Below are positions 25,941 through 37,519 of a stretch of 64,000 nt of DNA, piece by piece. The notes beneath the pieces are model-generated. The model was not told the origin of the DNA. It did no database searches and saw only the letters and a list, made by a program, of their open reading frames with translations. How positions within the stretch are numbered: the first letter of the stretch is position 1; every line of letters starts with the position of its first letter. The position numbers and the translations under genes are program-made. This stretch comes from an uncultured Gemmatimonadaceae bacterium (lineage in GTDB: Bacteria > Gemmatimonadota > Gemmatimonadetes > Gemmatimonadales > GWC2-71-9): NCBI GenBank assembly GCA_964421625.1, contig CAYQXR010000002.1, positions 2,698 to 66,697 on the forward strand, given 5' to 3'.

Positions 25941-27026
25941 GTGATCTGCCGACCGGAATCTACCGCCCCCCGATACCGCCAGCCAGTCTCCTGGCTGTTC
26001 CTGTTGCTCGGCTGCGTCGTCGCCGCCACCGGCTCGTTGTCGGCGCAGGCGAATCGACGCACCCTGACCGCCGAAGTGGACTTCACCAAGGAAAGCGGTG
26101 GCACCACCACCCTGGCGCGCGTGCACCAGGGGGCCACGGTGACCATCGGGAAGGTGCAGGCCGCGCGGACTGAGGTGACCATCGAGGGCTGGGTGGCGGC
26201 GAATGCCGTGCGCCCCGACGCCCGTGATGGACTTGATCTGGCCGTCTCGGTGCTGGCCGGTACACCGCTCCGTACCGGGGCGGGCAGCGGCGGCACGGTG
26301 GCAACACTCAAGGCGGGCGCGCTGCTGAAGCGGATGGCGACCCAGGGTGAGTGGATTCGCGTGCAGCGCACCGGCTGGGTGCTCAGCTCCCGCCTGGCCA
26401 CGCCGCCCAGCACACCGGAGCGGCCCCGCGCCACGCCGGCGGCACCAGACAGTGCCCGCAGGAGTACGCCGCCGGCCGACACGACAGCGTCGTCGACCAC
26501 ACCGCCTCCGGCGACCAGCCCTACACCCGGCAGCCGGGACGCCACCCTGGTGGCCGGGGCGACCTTCTCGGCGCAACCGGGTGGCAGTCGGGTCGGCATC
26601 TTCAACGCGCCGTTGCCGGCAGCCGTGGTCGAACGTCAGGGTGGCTGGTCGCGGGTCCAGGTCGAGGTCTGGGTGCGGGACGATGCCCTTGGTGAGGTGT
26701 CGAACAGTGGTGTCAGCGCCGCCGAACTGCGCGCCAATCCGGAGAAGTACATCGGCCAGACGGTCGAATGGACCCTGCAGGTGCTGGCGGTACAGCGGGC
26801 CGACGAACTGCGGCCCGAACTGCCGCCCGGGCAGCCCTACGTGCTGGCCCGCGGCCCGTTGCCCGAGAGCGGCTTCGTCTACCTGGTCATCCCGCCCAGC
26901 GAGGTCGATCGGTTTCGGGCGCTGGAGCCGCTGGCCCGGATCCGGGTTCAGGCCACGGTCCGCGCGGGTCGCTCGCGCTACCTGCCCACGCCAGTGCTGG
27001 ACTTTGTCCGGCGCCTCACGCTCTGA
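25941..27026 (+). CDS. secreted protein with SH3b-like repeats
   Basis: Track ORF with a GTG start. The signal peptide is WLFLLLGCVVAATGSLSAQ. Three segments resemble bacterial SH3 domains (TEVTIEGWV, GEWIRVQRTGWV, GGWSRVQVEVWV). A Pro/Thr-rich linker is present. Confidence 0.55.
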   Translation: MICRPESTAPRYRQPVSWLFLLLGCVVAATGSLSAQANRRTLTAEVDFTKESGGTTTLARVHQGATVTIGKVQAARTEVTIEGWVAANAVRPDARDGLDLAVSVLAGTPLRTGAGSGGTVATLKAGALLKRMATQGEWIRVQRTGWVLSSRLATPPSTPERPRATPAAPDSARRSTPPADTTASSTTPPPATSPTPGSRDATLVAGATFSAQPGGSRVGIFNAPLPAAVVERQGGWSRVQVEVWVRDDALGEVSNSGVSAAELRANPEKYIGQTVEWTLQVLAVQRADELRPELPPGQPYVLARGPLPESGFVYLVIPPSEVDRFRALEPLARIRVQATVRAGRSRYLPTPVLDFVRRLTL

Positions 27027-27037
27027 GGAGAGTCCCC

Positions 27038-27424
27038 ATGGATCCCGTCCTGAAGGAACGCATTCTCCGGCGCCTGGACACGCTGTCCGATGAGCGGGCC
27101 CTCCAGGTACTGGACTACGTGGAGTTCCTGGAGAGCCGGTACGCGGCCCGGGCCGCACCCGACAACATCCTGTCCCGTCTGACCGACACGGTACAGGACA
27201 CCATGCGGGCCGGCAAACTCCCCCTGACGGCCCTGAGCGGGACTGTCACCCTGCTGGATGGCGCCTCCCGGATGATGCGCGGGGTGACGGCCGCAGCCAG
27301 GGCGGTGGTCGACGAGGCCGCCACCGCCGCCCGCACCATCGGGACGCCGGAGCCCGCTGCGGAGGCTGGGGTGCCCCCGGACGCAGAGCCTGGTTCGGGG
27401 CCCGGGGGCACCGGCCCGGGTTGA
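27038..27424 (+). CDS. hypothetical protein (DUF2281-like N-terminal helix, Ala/Pro-rich tail)
   Basis: Part of track ORF 26768..27424. ATG 27038 has GAGGAG about 8 nt upstream. The N-terminal segment is ERILRRLDTLSDERALQVLDYVEFLESRY. Confidence 0.5.
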   Translation: MDPVLKERILRRLDTLSDERALQVLDYVEFLESRYAARAAPDNILSRLTDTVQDTMRAGKLPLTALSGTVTLLDGASRMMRGVTAAARAVVDEAATAARTIGTPEPAAEAGVPPDAEPGSGPGGTGPG

Positions 27425-27472
27425 TCGGGAGCCAGCCCCTCCGCTAGGTTTGGCAATGGAACCCGTCCCTGA

Positions 27473-28957
<1,485 letters not shown>

Positions 28958-28999
28958 GCGGTCAGGTCGACCCTCGGCACGCGGTTGAATGTCCGACAG

Positions 29000-29038
29000 C
29001 ACAACGGCCCGCCTCTCACTGAGAGGCGGGCCGTTGTG
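29000..29038. terminator. bidirectional intrinsic terminator hairpin between guaB and the permease gene
   Basis: An 18-bp perfect inverted repeat, CACAACGGCCCGCCTCTC / GAGAGGCGGGCCGTTGTG, with a 3-nt loop. TT follows on the + strand. The flanking genes are convergent. Confidence 0.7.
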
Positions 29039-29054
29039 TTCCGGGCGGGAAGGC

Positions 29055-30533
29055 TCAGCCTTCCGGGTCGGTGTTCAGACGGCTGTGCTTGATGCCGTAG
29101 AGGAAGTAGAACACGGAACCGACGGCGAGCCACCCGGCCAGGCGGAGCCAGTTGGTCCAGCCGAGGCCGTAGATCATGGCGCCGCAGACGATGATGCCGG
29201 CGCTCGCCACCAGCGGCAGAGCCGGCACGGTGAAGCCGCGCGGCACGTCGGGGCGACGGACCCGCATGATCCAGACACCGGCGCAGACGAGCATGAAGGC
29301 GAACAGGGTGCCGATGCTGGTCATTTCGCCGACCACGTCGCCGGGCACGAAGGCCGCGAACAGCGAGGTGAACACGAAGAAGAGCCAGTTCGACTTGTAG
29401 GGCGTCCGGTGCTTCGGGTGGATGTCCGAGAAGACCTTCGGCACCAGACCGTCGCGGCTCATGGTGTAGAAGACGCGGGACTGGCCCAGGAGCATCACCA
29501 GGATGACCGAGGAGAAGCCGGCCAGAATGGCGATGGTGACGAGCTTGGACAGCCACTCGTAGCCGTGCATGTAGGTCGAGATGGCGAAGGCCACCGAGGC
29601 CTCACGGCCGGTGGAACGGAAGTCCTCGACCGACGCCACGCCCGAGAGCACGTGCGCGAAGAGCACGTACAGCAGGGTGCAGATCACCAGCGAGCCGAGG
29701 ATGCCGATGGGCATGTCGCGCTTGGGGTTCTTGGCTTCCTGGGCAGCCGTCGAGACGGCGTCGAACCCGATGAAGGCGAAGAACACCACGCCGGCCGCGC
29801 CGATAATGCCCATGGCGCCCCCGTAGTTGTGCGTGACACCGAGTGTGTCGGTGTACTTGGTCGCTTCGGGGACGTAGATGGCGTGGTTCTCGGGGTTGAT
29901 GAAGCCCCAGCCGATCACGATCACCATCACCACGATGGCGACCTTCACGATGACGATCAGGTTGTTGACCCAGGCCGACTCCTGCGTGCCGCGGACCAGC
30001 AGGGCCGTCAGCAGGAACAGGATGAGGACTGCGGGCAGGTTGACGATACCGCTGATCCCGCTCTCGGAGGTCTGGAACGGTGAGTGACTCCAGGCGTAGG
30101 GTATCGATGTCCCGATGAAGCTGAGGGCCTTGTTGAGGTACTCACTCCAGGCGATGGCGACGGTGGACGCGCCGACGGCATACTCGAGGACCAGGTCCCA
30201 GCCGATGACCCAGGCCACCAGCTCACCCATGGTGGCGTAGGAGTAGGTGTACGCGCTGCCCGCGATCGGGATCATCGAGGCGAACTCGGCGTAGCAGAGT
30301 CCGGCGAAGGCGCAGCCCAGTCCGGCCACCAGGAAGGCGATGGTGACGGATGGCCCGGCGCGGTCGGCAATGGCCGCCGCCGTCCGGACGAACAGGCCAG
30401 CACCGATGATGGCCCCGATACCGAGCGCGATGAGCGCCCACGGGCCGAGGGTGCGCTTGAGGCCGGACTCGCTGTCGCCGCTGTCTGCAATCAGGCGGTC
30501 GATCGACTTGGTCCGGAAGAGTGAATCGCTCAC
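29055..30533 (-). CDS. APC-superfamily amino acid permease
   Basis: Part of track ORF 29055..30617. GTG 30533 has GAGGGA upstream. It has about 12 or more TM helices, starting LGPWALIALGIGAIIGAGLFV. Confidence 0.85.
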   Translation of the reverse strand: MSDSLFRTKSIDRLIADSGDSESGLKRTLGPWALIALGIGAIIGAGLFVRTAAAIADRAGPSVTIAFLVAGLGCAFAGLCYAEFASMIPIAGSAYTYSYATMGELVAWVIGWDLVLEYAVGASTVAIAWSEYLNKALSFIGTSIPYAWSHSPFQTSESGISGIVNLPAVLILFLLTALLVRGTQESAWVNNLIVIVKVAIVVMVIVIGWGFINPENHAIYVPEATKYTDTLGVTHNYGGAMGIIGAAGVVFFAFIGFDAVSTAAQEAKNPKRDMPIGILGSLVICTLLYVLFAHVLSGVASVEDFRSTGREASVAFAISTYMHGYEWLSKLVTIAILAGFSSVILVMLLGQSRVFYTMSRDGLVPKVFSDIHPKHRTPYKSNWLFFVFTSLFAAFVPGDVVGEMTSIGTLFAFMLVCAGVWIMRVRRPDVPRGFTVPALPLVASAGIIVCGAMIYGLGWTNWLRLAGWLAVGSVFYFLYGIKHSRLNTDPEG

Positions 30534-30790
30534 GTAACGGTCCCTCGCGATGCTGTTAGTGGATCTGCTCCCTGGGGTGGACACCGGGCCGGCCCCGCTG
30601 GCACAGGGGGGACCCACCCCTCGAAATCAGGGTCCCCACTCCACCTGGCGCGACACGATGTATCCCGTCAATCTGCCCGCCGCGCTGGCAGGTGTCAAGC
30701 GTCAGGCGCTGCCGGGTCCCCATACGCCCGCCCCGGTGCCAAGGTTGGACCGCGACGGGGAGGGGGGGCGCCGCGATTATTTTGCCTGCC

Positions 30791-31816
30791 ATGAGCCGCT
30801 TGACCACCGACATGCCCACCTCGGCCGCCGACCAGATTGCCGCCCTGTGCGAGCCGGGCCGCCGCGTCTGCCTGACCACCCATGTGAATCCCGATGGGGA
30901 CGGCCTGGGCAGCGAGGTGGCCCTGCTCCACCTGCTCCGCGCCCGCGGCATGCAGGTGGTCATCACCAACCCGACCCCGACCCCGGACCGGTTCGCCTTC
31001 CTGTTCGAGGGCATCCCCGACGCCGACCGGACCGCCCACGCGATCCGCGAACTGCGACGGGCCGATCTGATCATGGTGCTCGACATTGCCGACCTGTCCC
31101 GCCTGGGTAACCTGGCGGGAACGGTGCAGGAGCGCGGCGTGCCGGTGGTCTGCATCGATCATCACACCACCCCGGGCGATCTGCCGCCGGGGCCGCGGAT
31201 GATCGACGCCGGTGTGGCGGCGACGGGGGAACTGATCCACCGACTGGCCGCGGCCTGGGGCATGCCCATCCCGCCGGCTGCGGCCCGCGCGCTGTACGTC
31301 GCGCTGGTGACGGATACCGGCGGGTTCCGCTTTTCCAATACCCGGGCCGAGACGCTGCGGATCGCCGCCGACCTGCTCGACTGCGGGGTCGATACCGAGT
31401 CGGTCTACCTCGATCTGTATGCCAGCGGCCCGGTCGGTCGCCCGCGCCTGCTCGCCGAGGTGCTCCAGACCCTGGTGGTCGAACCCGACATCGGGCTGGC
31501 CTGGGTCACGGTGCCGCCGGGGGCCATTGAGCGGCACGGGGTGGATGCCGACGACCTTGATGGCGTGGTGGAACACGCCCGGGCCATCCGGGGGGTTCAG
31601 GTGGCCATCCTCTTCCGCGAGGCCACCGGTGGCCGGATCAAGGCCTCGCTGCGCAGTGTCGGCGAGGTGAACGTGGCCGCCATGGCCCGCCCGTTTGGTG
31701 GCGGCGGTCACGCCAAGGCCGCCGGTGCCGCCATCCCGGGGACCATGCCCGAGGTGCAGGCGCTGCTGCTCGACGCGGTGCGGGCCGACCTGCGGGCCGC
31801 GCGCAGCAGCTCGTGA
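30791..31816 (+). CDS. DHH/DHHA1 phosphoesterase (NrnA-like oligoribonuclease/pAp phosphatase)
   Basis: Part of track ORF 30692..31816, with the start at ATG 30791. Motifs: HVNPDGDGLGS, CIDHHTTPG, GGGHAKAAGA. Confidence 0.8.
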   Translation: MSRLTTDMPTSAADQIAALCEPGRRVCLTTHVNPDGDGLGSEVALLHLLRARGMQVVITNPTPTPDRFAFLFEGIPDADRTAHAIRELRRADLIMVLDIADLSRLGNLAGTVQERGVPVVCIDHHTTPGDLPPGPRMIDAGVAATGELIHRLAAAWGMPIPPAAARALYVALVTDTGGFRFSNTRAETLRIAADLLDCGVDTESVYLDLYASGPVGRPRLLAEVLQTLVVEPDIGLAWVTVPPGAIERHGVDADDLDGVVEHARAIRGVQVAILFREATGGRIKASLRSVGEVNVAAMARPFGGGGHAKAAGAAIPGTMPEVQALLLDAVRADLRAARSSS

Positions 31817-32061
31817 CCGACGACCCCGTCGAGAGCATGCTGGCGCGGATCGACGCCGCGCTGGACGCCATCCGCCCCTACATCGGCTCCCATCGCGGGA
31901 CGGTGGAAGTGGTCGATTTCGATCCCGTCTCCGGCGTGGTCTACGTCCGGCTTGGTGGCACCTGCCAGGGTTGCTCCGCCGCGACCATCACTCTCAAACA
32001 GGGCATCGAGCGCCAGTTGCGCCAACGCCTGCCCGATGTATCCGCCGTGGAGGCGATCTGA
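31813..32061 (+). CDS. NifU-like (Nfu C-terminal domain) Fe-S scaffold protein
   Basis: Track ORF. The GTG start overlaps the upstream stop (GTGA). The motif is LGGTCQGCSAATITLKQGIE. Confidence 0.8.
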   Translation: MTDDPVESMLARIDAALDAIRPYIGSHRGTVEVVDFDPVSGVVYVRLGGTCQGCSAATITLKQGIERQLRQRLPDVSAVEAI

Positions 32062-33155
32062 TGACGACGCGTCGCGATGCCGTGCTGGCCGCGCTGGCCA
32101 GCGTGACCAATCCGCGCACCGGGACCAATCTGGTCCAGGCCGAGATGATTGCCGACCTTGAGGTGGCGGAGGACACCGGCGCCTCGCGGTTCACCTTCCT
32201 GCTGCGGTCCGACGACCCGGCCACGCTGGTGCGCCAGACCCGCCAGGCCTTCACCGCCGCCGAGTTGCCGCAGCCGGCCATTCAGGTGGTCAACCCCGAG
32301 GCGCAGCGTACGCCCACGCATCCGCCGCCGCAGAGTGCCCAGGCTGGTGTCCCCGCGCCGACCCCGATGGAGGTGCCGGGCATTGAGCGGGTGATCGCGG
32401 TGTCGTCGGGCAAGGGTGGTGTCGGCAAGTCGACGGTGGCCGTGAACGTGGCGGTGGCGCTGGCCCAGCAGGGGTACCGGGTGGGCATCATGGATGCCGA
32501 CGTGTACGGGCCCAACCTGCCGCGGATGGCGGGCATCTACGAGCGGCCAGCGCTGGTGAACGAGCGCATTCTGCCGCTGGAGGCGCACGGCCTGAAGCTG
32601 ATGTCGATCGGCTTTCTGATCGACCGCGACGCGCCGGCCATCTGGCGCGGCCCCATCATCACCAAGCTGATCCACCAGTTCCTGCACGATGTCGAGTGGG
32701 GACCGCTCGACTACCTCTTCGTCGACATGCCCCCGGGGACGGGCGACGCCCAGCTCTCGCTGGTGCAGCAGGTACTGGTCAGTGGCGCCGTCATCGTGAC
32801 CACGCCGCAGGAGGTGGCGGTGGGCGATGCGCTGCGCGGCGCCAAGATGTTCGAACGGGTCAATGTGCCGGTGCTGGGCGTGATCGAGAACATGAGCGGC
32901 TTCCTCGATCCCGTAACCGGCATGCGCCACGACCTCTTCGGTAGCGGCGGCGGCGAGCGTCTGGCCGATGAACTCAATGTGCCGTTGCTGGGACAGATTC
33001 CCTTGCAGCCCGGTCTGACCGATGCGGCCGACCGCGGCGTGCCCGTGGTGCTGGATGCGCCGACCAGCGCGGCGGCCACCATGCTCCGGGAGGCGGCCGA
33101 CCATATCCGCCAGCAGGCCGACGCCGTGGGCGTCCGTCTGCCGGTGCTGGAGTAG
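32061..33155 (+). CDS. apbC: Mrp/ApbC-type iron-sulfur cluster carrier ATPase
   Basis: Part of track ORF 31695..33155. ATG 32061 overlaps the upstream stop (TGATG). It has an N-terminal DUF59-like region and the deviant Walker A VSSGKGGVGKST. Confidence 0.9.
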   Translation: MTTRRDAVLAALASVTNPRTGTNLVQAEMIADLEVAEDTGASRFTFLLRSDDPATLVRQTRQAFTAAELPQPAIQVVNPEAQRTPTHPPPQSAQAGVPAPTPMEVPGIERVIAVSSGKGGVGKSTVAVNVAVALAQQGYRVGIMDADVYGPNLPRMAGIYERPALVNERILPLEAHGLKLMSIGFLIDRDAPAIWRGPIITKLIHQFLHDVEWGPLDYLFVDMPPGTGDAQLSLVQQVLVSGAVIVTTPQEVAVGDALRGAKMFERVNVPVLGVIENMSGFLDPVTGMRHDLFGSGGGERLADELNVPLLGQIPLQPGLTDAADRGVPVVLDAPTSAAATMLREAADHIRQQADAVGVRLPVLE

Positions 33156-33160
33156 CTGGT

Positions 33161-34027
33161 CTAGCGCCTGGGTGTGGTCGGCGGACGCGTGACGGCGGGT
33201 ACCCCCAGGCGCGGGGTGGCCCAGAGGTGCTCGTCGGTCATCAGCGTGGCGGGAATCAGCGGGCCGGCGAAGTGCTCGCGTGAGCCGCCGCGCGACAGCA
33301 GCAGTGCCCCGAAGCCGATGGTGCTCAGCACCCAGGTGCTCAGCCCGGCCAGCCCGAGCAGCAGCGGCCCCGCCAGCGGAACCCACCCGAACCCGACCCA
33401 GACCACCCACAGACAGGCCACCGCCCCGAGGCCCGTGAGCATGTAGCGGTAGCCGTTGGGGCTGGCGCGCAGTCCGGCGGCCAGGCGGCGGCGGGTCATG
33501 GTTTCACCCATGGCGTAGGCCAGGGCGAGCAGGCCGCCGAGCAGGGCGATCAGCGTCAGGGTGGCGGTGGCGATCAGCGTGAAGGGGATCAGCACCACGC
33601 CGATGATGGTGACGGCCAGCCCAATGAGCAGCAGCGCCAGGGTGGGGAGCACCAGGAGCTGCCCGAGCAGACCGGCAACGAGCGATCGTCCGAGCGAATG
33701 CGTGGCAGTGTCGGCAACGATCTCGAGGTTGGGCCGGACGAAGGTGACCATGGCCATTCCCAGCAGCACCAGCATCAGGAAGGTGCCGACCACGCCGACC
33801 CCACGTTGTCCCAGCCGGGCCAGCGGGGAGATGCTGCGCGGTTCGGCCTGGGCGACAGTGGTAGCCCCGGAGGTCTGTGCGTCCACGGCGTGCAGGTCGT
33901 CGAGGGTGGCATGGGGAGCGTCGGCGCGGACCGTCTGGAGGGGCGCCAAGGCCGCGAGCCAGACGATCCCGAACCAGAGCAGGGTGAGGAGGCGGGAGCG
34001 GCTGGTGGTGCGTTCAGCGCCCGGCAT
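33161..34027 (-). CDS. polytopic membrane protein of the sigma/anti-sigma operon
   Basis: Track ORF with a signal/anchor followed by 5-6 TM helices. The start overlaps the anti-sigma stop by 14 nt. No family recognised. Confidence 0.55.
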   Translation of the reverse strand: MPGAERTTSRSRLLTLLWFGIVWLAALAPLQTVRADAPHATLDDLHAVDAQTSGATTVAQAEPRSISPLARLGQRGVGVVGTFLMLVLLGMAMVTFVRPNLEIVADTATHSLGRSLVAGLLGQLLVLPTLALLLIGLAVTIIGVVLIPFTLIATATLTLIALLGGLLALAYAMGETMTRRRLAAGLRASPNGYRYMLTGLGAVACLWVVWVGFGWVPLAGPLLLGLAGLSTWVLSTIGFGALLLSRGGSREHFAGPLIPATLMTDEHLWATPRLGVPAVTRPPTTPRR

Positions 34028-34580
34028 GGGGCACCGGCTCGGTGAGCAGTTGCCGGAAGCCGATCAGGCCCAGGGCATAGACCGCAGCCGCCACGAGGGC
34101 GCCGACCATCACCTGGGCCGGGGTGACCACCGCGGTGGAGAGCAGGCTGGACCAGGGCCGACTGCCGGCCTGCTGGGACAGGCCCTGCCAGGTGGGCCAG
34201 ACCGACTCGGCCAGTTGCTGCCCCTGGGGGCCCAGCCAGGCCACCCCGCCCGAGGGGTCCATGGCCGCCCAGGCGAGGCTGGCGGCCAGGCTCCCGGCAC
34301 CGATGAGGGACCCGGCCACCAGCCGCCGCCGGGCCGCCTGGGCCCGGGCCGAGCGCACCGGCGGCGCAGCGGCCATCCGGGCCATGACGCGGTCGGCAAA
34401 GTCCGGCGCTGGGGCCAGGGCAGGCATCTGGAGCAGGCCGTCAATCACCAGGCGGTCCAGATCCACCATGCGGCGGCAGGTCTCGCAGGTGGCCAAGTGA
34501 GACGCCACCGGCGGGGCGGCCGGACTGAGCAGGGCGAGATCGAGATCGTCGGCGGACAGGTGGTGTGGGCGGTTCAGCAT
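34014..34580 (-). CDS. anti-sigma factor (zf-HC2 type)
   Basis: Track ORF with the Hx3Cx2C motif HLATCETCRRM near the N-terminus. It lies directly downstream of the ECF sigma gene. Confidence 0.65.
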   Translation of the reverse strand: MLNRPHHLSADDLDLALLSPAAPPVASHLATCETCRRMVDLDRLVIDGLLQMPALAPAPDFADRVMARMAAAPPVRSARAQAARRRLVAGSLIGAGSLAASLAWAAMDPSGGVAWLGPQGQQLAESVWPTWQGLSQQAGSRPWSSLLSTAVVTPAQVMVGALVAAAVYALGLIGFRQLLTEPVPHAGR

Positions 34581-34617
34581 ATCCTGATCCTTCTACGGAA
34601 GGGGCACTGCCGGGGTT

Positions 34618-35229
34618 TCATGGGTCGCGCAGATCGGCCAGATGCAGTCGCAGCTCATGCCGGGCCCGGTGGATGTAGGTCTTCACGGTGCCGAGGGGGA
34701 GGTCCATGATCTCGGCGATCTCTTCATAGGTGCGCCCCTCCACATGCCGGAGGAGGATGCAGGACCGATATTCCGGGCGCAGCCGGGCCACCGCGTCGGC
34801 GATCTGCTGCCCCAGTTCCTGATGGGTCAGCTCCTCCAGCGCGGAGGGGCGGCCGTCGCTCACCTGCAGCGACGTGGCCTCGATGGCCTCGCCCGTGGCT
34901 GCGTGAGGCGAGCCATCCAGCGAGAGTGTGTCGAGCTGGCGTCGGCGCAGATGGTCGATTGCCACGTTGTTGGCGATCTTGAAGATCCACGACGAGAAGC
35001 GGTACTCGGGGCGATAGCTGTCGAGCGCGTTGAGCACCTTGACGAAAGTTTCCTGCGCCAGGTCCTCCGCCAGTTCCCGGTCGCGCACCATCCGGTGGAT
35101 CAGCGCCAGGATGGGCCGCTGGTAGCGGTTGATCAGTTCCCGCTGGGCGCGCGGGTCACCGGTCATGGCGTGCTGCACCACGGCCTGATCGTCGAGGCTG
35201 CTCCAGTCGATGGCGGGTGGGCGCGTCAC
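34618..35229 (-). CDS. ECF (sigma-70 family) RNA polymerase sigma factor
   Basis: Part of track ORF 34618..35310. Region 2 is RELINRYQRPILALIHRMVRDRELAEDLAQETFVK...FSSWIFKIANN. Region 4 is YEEIAEIMDLPLGTVKTYIHRAR. The start is set at GTG 35229 and is uncertain. Confidence 0.85.
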   Translation of the reverse strand: MTRPPAIDWSSLDDQAVVQHAMTGDPRAQRELINRYQRPILALIHRMVRDRELAEDLAQETFVKVLNALDSYRPEYRFSSWIFKIANNVAIDHLRRRQLDTLSLDGSPHAATGEAIEATSLQVSDGRPSALEELTHQELGQQIADAVARLRPEYRSCILLRHVEGRTYEEIAEIMDLPLGTVKTYIHRARHELRLHLADLRDP

Positions 35230-35288
35230 CAGGGCGTGGTACCCCGTGCGGTGGCACAGCGCGGACCGGGCCGGTACCTTTCGCCACC

Positions 35289-36023
35289 ATGGACGGGACC
35301 GGACTGCCACTCCCCCTTGCGGACGCAGATCGCAAGCGCGCTTACGTGCGGGAGATCTTCGGACGGATCGCGCCCCGGTACGATCACCTGAATCACCTGC
35401 TCTCGCTCAATGCCGATCGGCGCTGGCGACGCGCGGCCATCGATGCGTTGCAGTGGACCGATCGTCCCGCCGGACGATATCTCGATTGCTGCGCGGGGAC
35501 GCTCGATCTCTCGGCGGAGCTGGGCAACCGCACGGGGTTCACGGGGACGGTGATCGCGACGGATTTTGTGCCCGCCATGCTGCGCCTCGGCGCGGGCAAG
35601 TCGCCACTGGTGTGGCCCGCCGCCGCCGATGCCCTGGCGCTGCCATTCGCCGAGGCCACCTTCGATGGCATGACGGTCGGATTCGGTGTCCGCAATCTCA
35701 TGGATCTCGATGCTGGGCTCCGCGAAGCAGCACGGGTTCTCCGGCCAGGGGGGCGACTGGTCATCCTCGAGTTCACCACACCGACCTGGCAGCCGCTGCG
35801 GGGACTGTACCTGGCCTACTTCCGCTGGATTCTTCCGCGCATCGGTCGGCTGGTCTCGAAACATAGGAGCGCCTACGACTGGCTACCAGCGTCGGTGCTC
35901 GCCTTCCCGCTGCCCGCCGCCCTCGCCGATCGTCTGACGGCCGCCGGATTCGCCACCGTGACGTGGCAGCGGCGCTGGGGCGGGATCGTGGCGATCCACG
36001 TTGCAACCCGGGAACGTTCATGA
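35289..36023 (+). CDS. ubiE: demethylmenaquinone/ubiquinone C-methyltransferase
   Basis: Part of track ORF 35217..36023, with the start at ATG 35289. It has VREIFGRIAPRYDHLNHLLSLNADRRWRR and the SAM motif YLDCCAGTLDL. Confidence 0.85.
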   Translation: MDGTGLPLPLADADRKRAYVREIFGRIAPRYDHLNHLLSLNADRRWRRAAIDALQWTDRPAGRYLDCCAGTLDLSAELGNRTGFTGTVIATDFVPAMLRLGAGKSPLVWPAAADALALPFAEATFDGMTVGFGVRNLMDLDAGLREAARVLRPGGRLVILEFTTPTWQPLRGLYLAYFRWILPRIGRLVSKHRSAYDWLPASVLAFPLPAALADRLTAAGFATVTWQRRWGGIVAIHVATRERS

Positions 36024-37519
36024 CACTGGAACATCTGCCCGCCCTGCTCAAGGCGCTCGACTCGGCCGGCGAACTGGTCCGCATCCGCCAGCCGGTGGCG
36101 ACACACCTGCAGATCGCCGAGATCGCCGACCGCGTGATGAAGTCGCCCGGCGGCGGCCCAGCCCTGCTGTTCGAGCGGCCCGTGCTCCCCGATGGTCGCG
36201 AGAGCCCGATTCCGGTGGCGATCAATCTGTTCGGATCCCGGCGCCGGATGGGACTGGCGCTGGGTGTCGACCGTCTCGACGCCATCGGGGACCGCATCGG
36301 GGAACTGGTCAAGATGCAGGTGCCCCAGGGCCTGATGGGGAAGCTCTCCCTGCTGCCCAAGCTGACGGAAGTCGCCAAGTACCCGCCCAGGGAGCGGAGC
36401 GGTCGGCCGCCCTGCCAGGAGGTGGTGCTGCGGGGTGATGACATCGACCTGACCGCTCTGCCGATCCTGCAGACCTGGCCGGGTGACGGCGGGCCCTACC
36501 TCACGCTGCCGATGGTGATCACCCGGGATCCGGGGACCGGGGCCCGCAACGTCGGCATGTACCGGGTGCAGGTGCTGGGGCGCGACTCGCTGGCCATGCA
36601 CTGGCAGCGGCACAAGAGCGGCGCCGCTCACTGGCGCGAGCTGGCAGCCCGTGGTGAACGGATGCCGGTGGTGATCGCCCTCGGAGGCGATCCGGCTTCG
36701 ATCTACGCCGGATCGGCACCGCTGCCGCCCGGCATCGACGAGTTCCTCTTCGCCGGCTTCCTCCGACGTCAGCCGGTTGAACTCGCGCCCGCGCTCACCT
36801 GTGATCTGCAGGTGCCCGCGGAGGCGGAGATCGTGATCGAAGGGACGATCGATCCATCGGAGCCGCTGGTCATGGAGGGGCCGTTCGGCGATCACACCGG
36901 CTTCTACTCGCTGGCCGACCTCTATCCGCGCATGCAGGTTACGGCGGTCACCATGAAGCGGCAGCCGGTGTACGCTGCCACGCTGGTCGGGCGGCCACCG
37001 ATGGAGGACTACTGGCTCGGGCATGCGACGGAACGGATTTTCCTGCCGCTGCTGCGGCTTACCGTGCCCGAGATCGTCGACTACCACATGCCGGCGGCGG
37101 GGGTCTTTCACAACCTGGTCTTCGTCAGCATCAACAAGCAGTATCCCGGTCAGGCCTACAAGGTGATGCACGCGTTGTGGGGGCAGGGGCTGATGGCGCT
37201 CTCCAAGGTGCTGGTGATCGTCGACCACGACGTGAACGTGCAGGATCCGGACGAGGTCTGGTGGATCGCGCTCAACAACATCGATCCGAAGCGCGATACC
37301 GAGTTTGCCCGCGGACCGGTCGATGTGCTGGATCACGCCTCGCAGCATTTCTCCTTCGGCAGCAAGATGGGCATCGATGCGACCCGGAAGTGGCCCGAAG
37401 AGGGCTTCACCCGCGAGTGGCCTCCGCTCATCACGATGGACGACACAACCCGTCAGGCGGTCGACGCGCTCTGGCCGCAACTCGGTCTCGATGCCTGGCA
37501 GTCGAGGGGCGCGAAGTGA
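36020..37519 (+). CDS. ubiD: UbiD-family (prFMN-dependent) decarboxylase
   Basis: Part of track ORF 35963..37519. ATG 36020 overlaps the ubiE stop (ATGA). The N-terminus is LKALDSAGELVRIRQPV and a DHTGFY motif is present. The symbol is at family level; it could be the menaquinone-pathway homolog. Confidence 0.85.
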   Translation: MTLEHLPALLKALDSAGELVRIRQPVATHLQIAEIADRVMKSPGGGPALLFERPVLPDGRESPIPVAINLFGSRRRMGLALGVDRLDAIGDRIGELVKMQVPQGLMGKLSLLPKLTEVAKYPPRERSGRPPCQEVVLRGDDIDLTALPILQTWPGDGGPYLTLPMVITRDPGTGARNVGMYRVQVLGRDSLAMHWQRHKSGAAHWRELAARGERMPVVIALGGDPASIYAGSAPLPPGIDEFLFAGFLRRQPVELAPALTCDLQVPAEAEIVIEGTIDPSEPLVMEGPFGDHTGFYSLADLYPRMQVTAVTMKRQPVYAATLVGRPPMEDYWLGHATERIFLPLLRLTVPEIVDYHMPAAGVFHNLVFVSINKQYPGQAYKVMHALWGQGLMALSKVLVIVDHDVNVQDPDEVWWIALNNIDPKRDTEFARGPVDVLDHASQHFSFGSKMGIDATRKWPEEGFTREWPPLITMDDTTRQAVDALWPQLGLDAWQSRGAK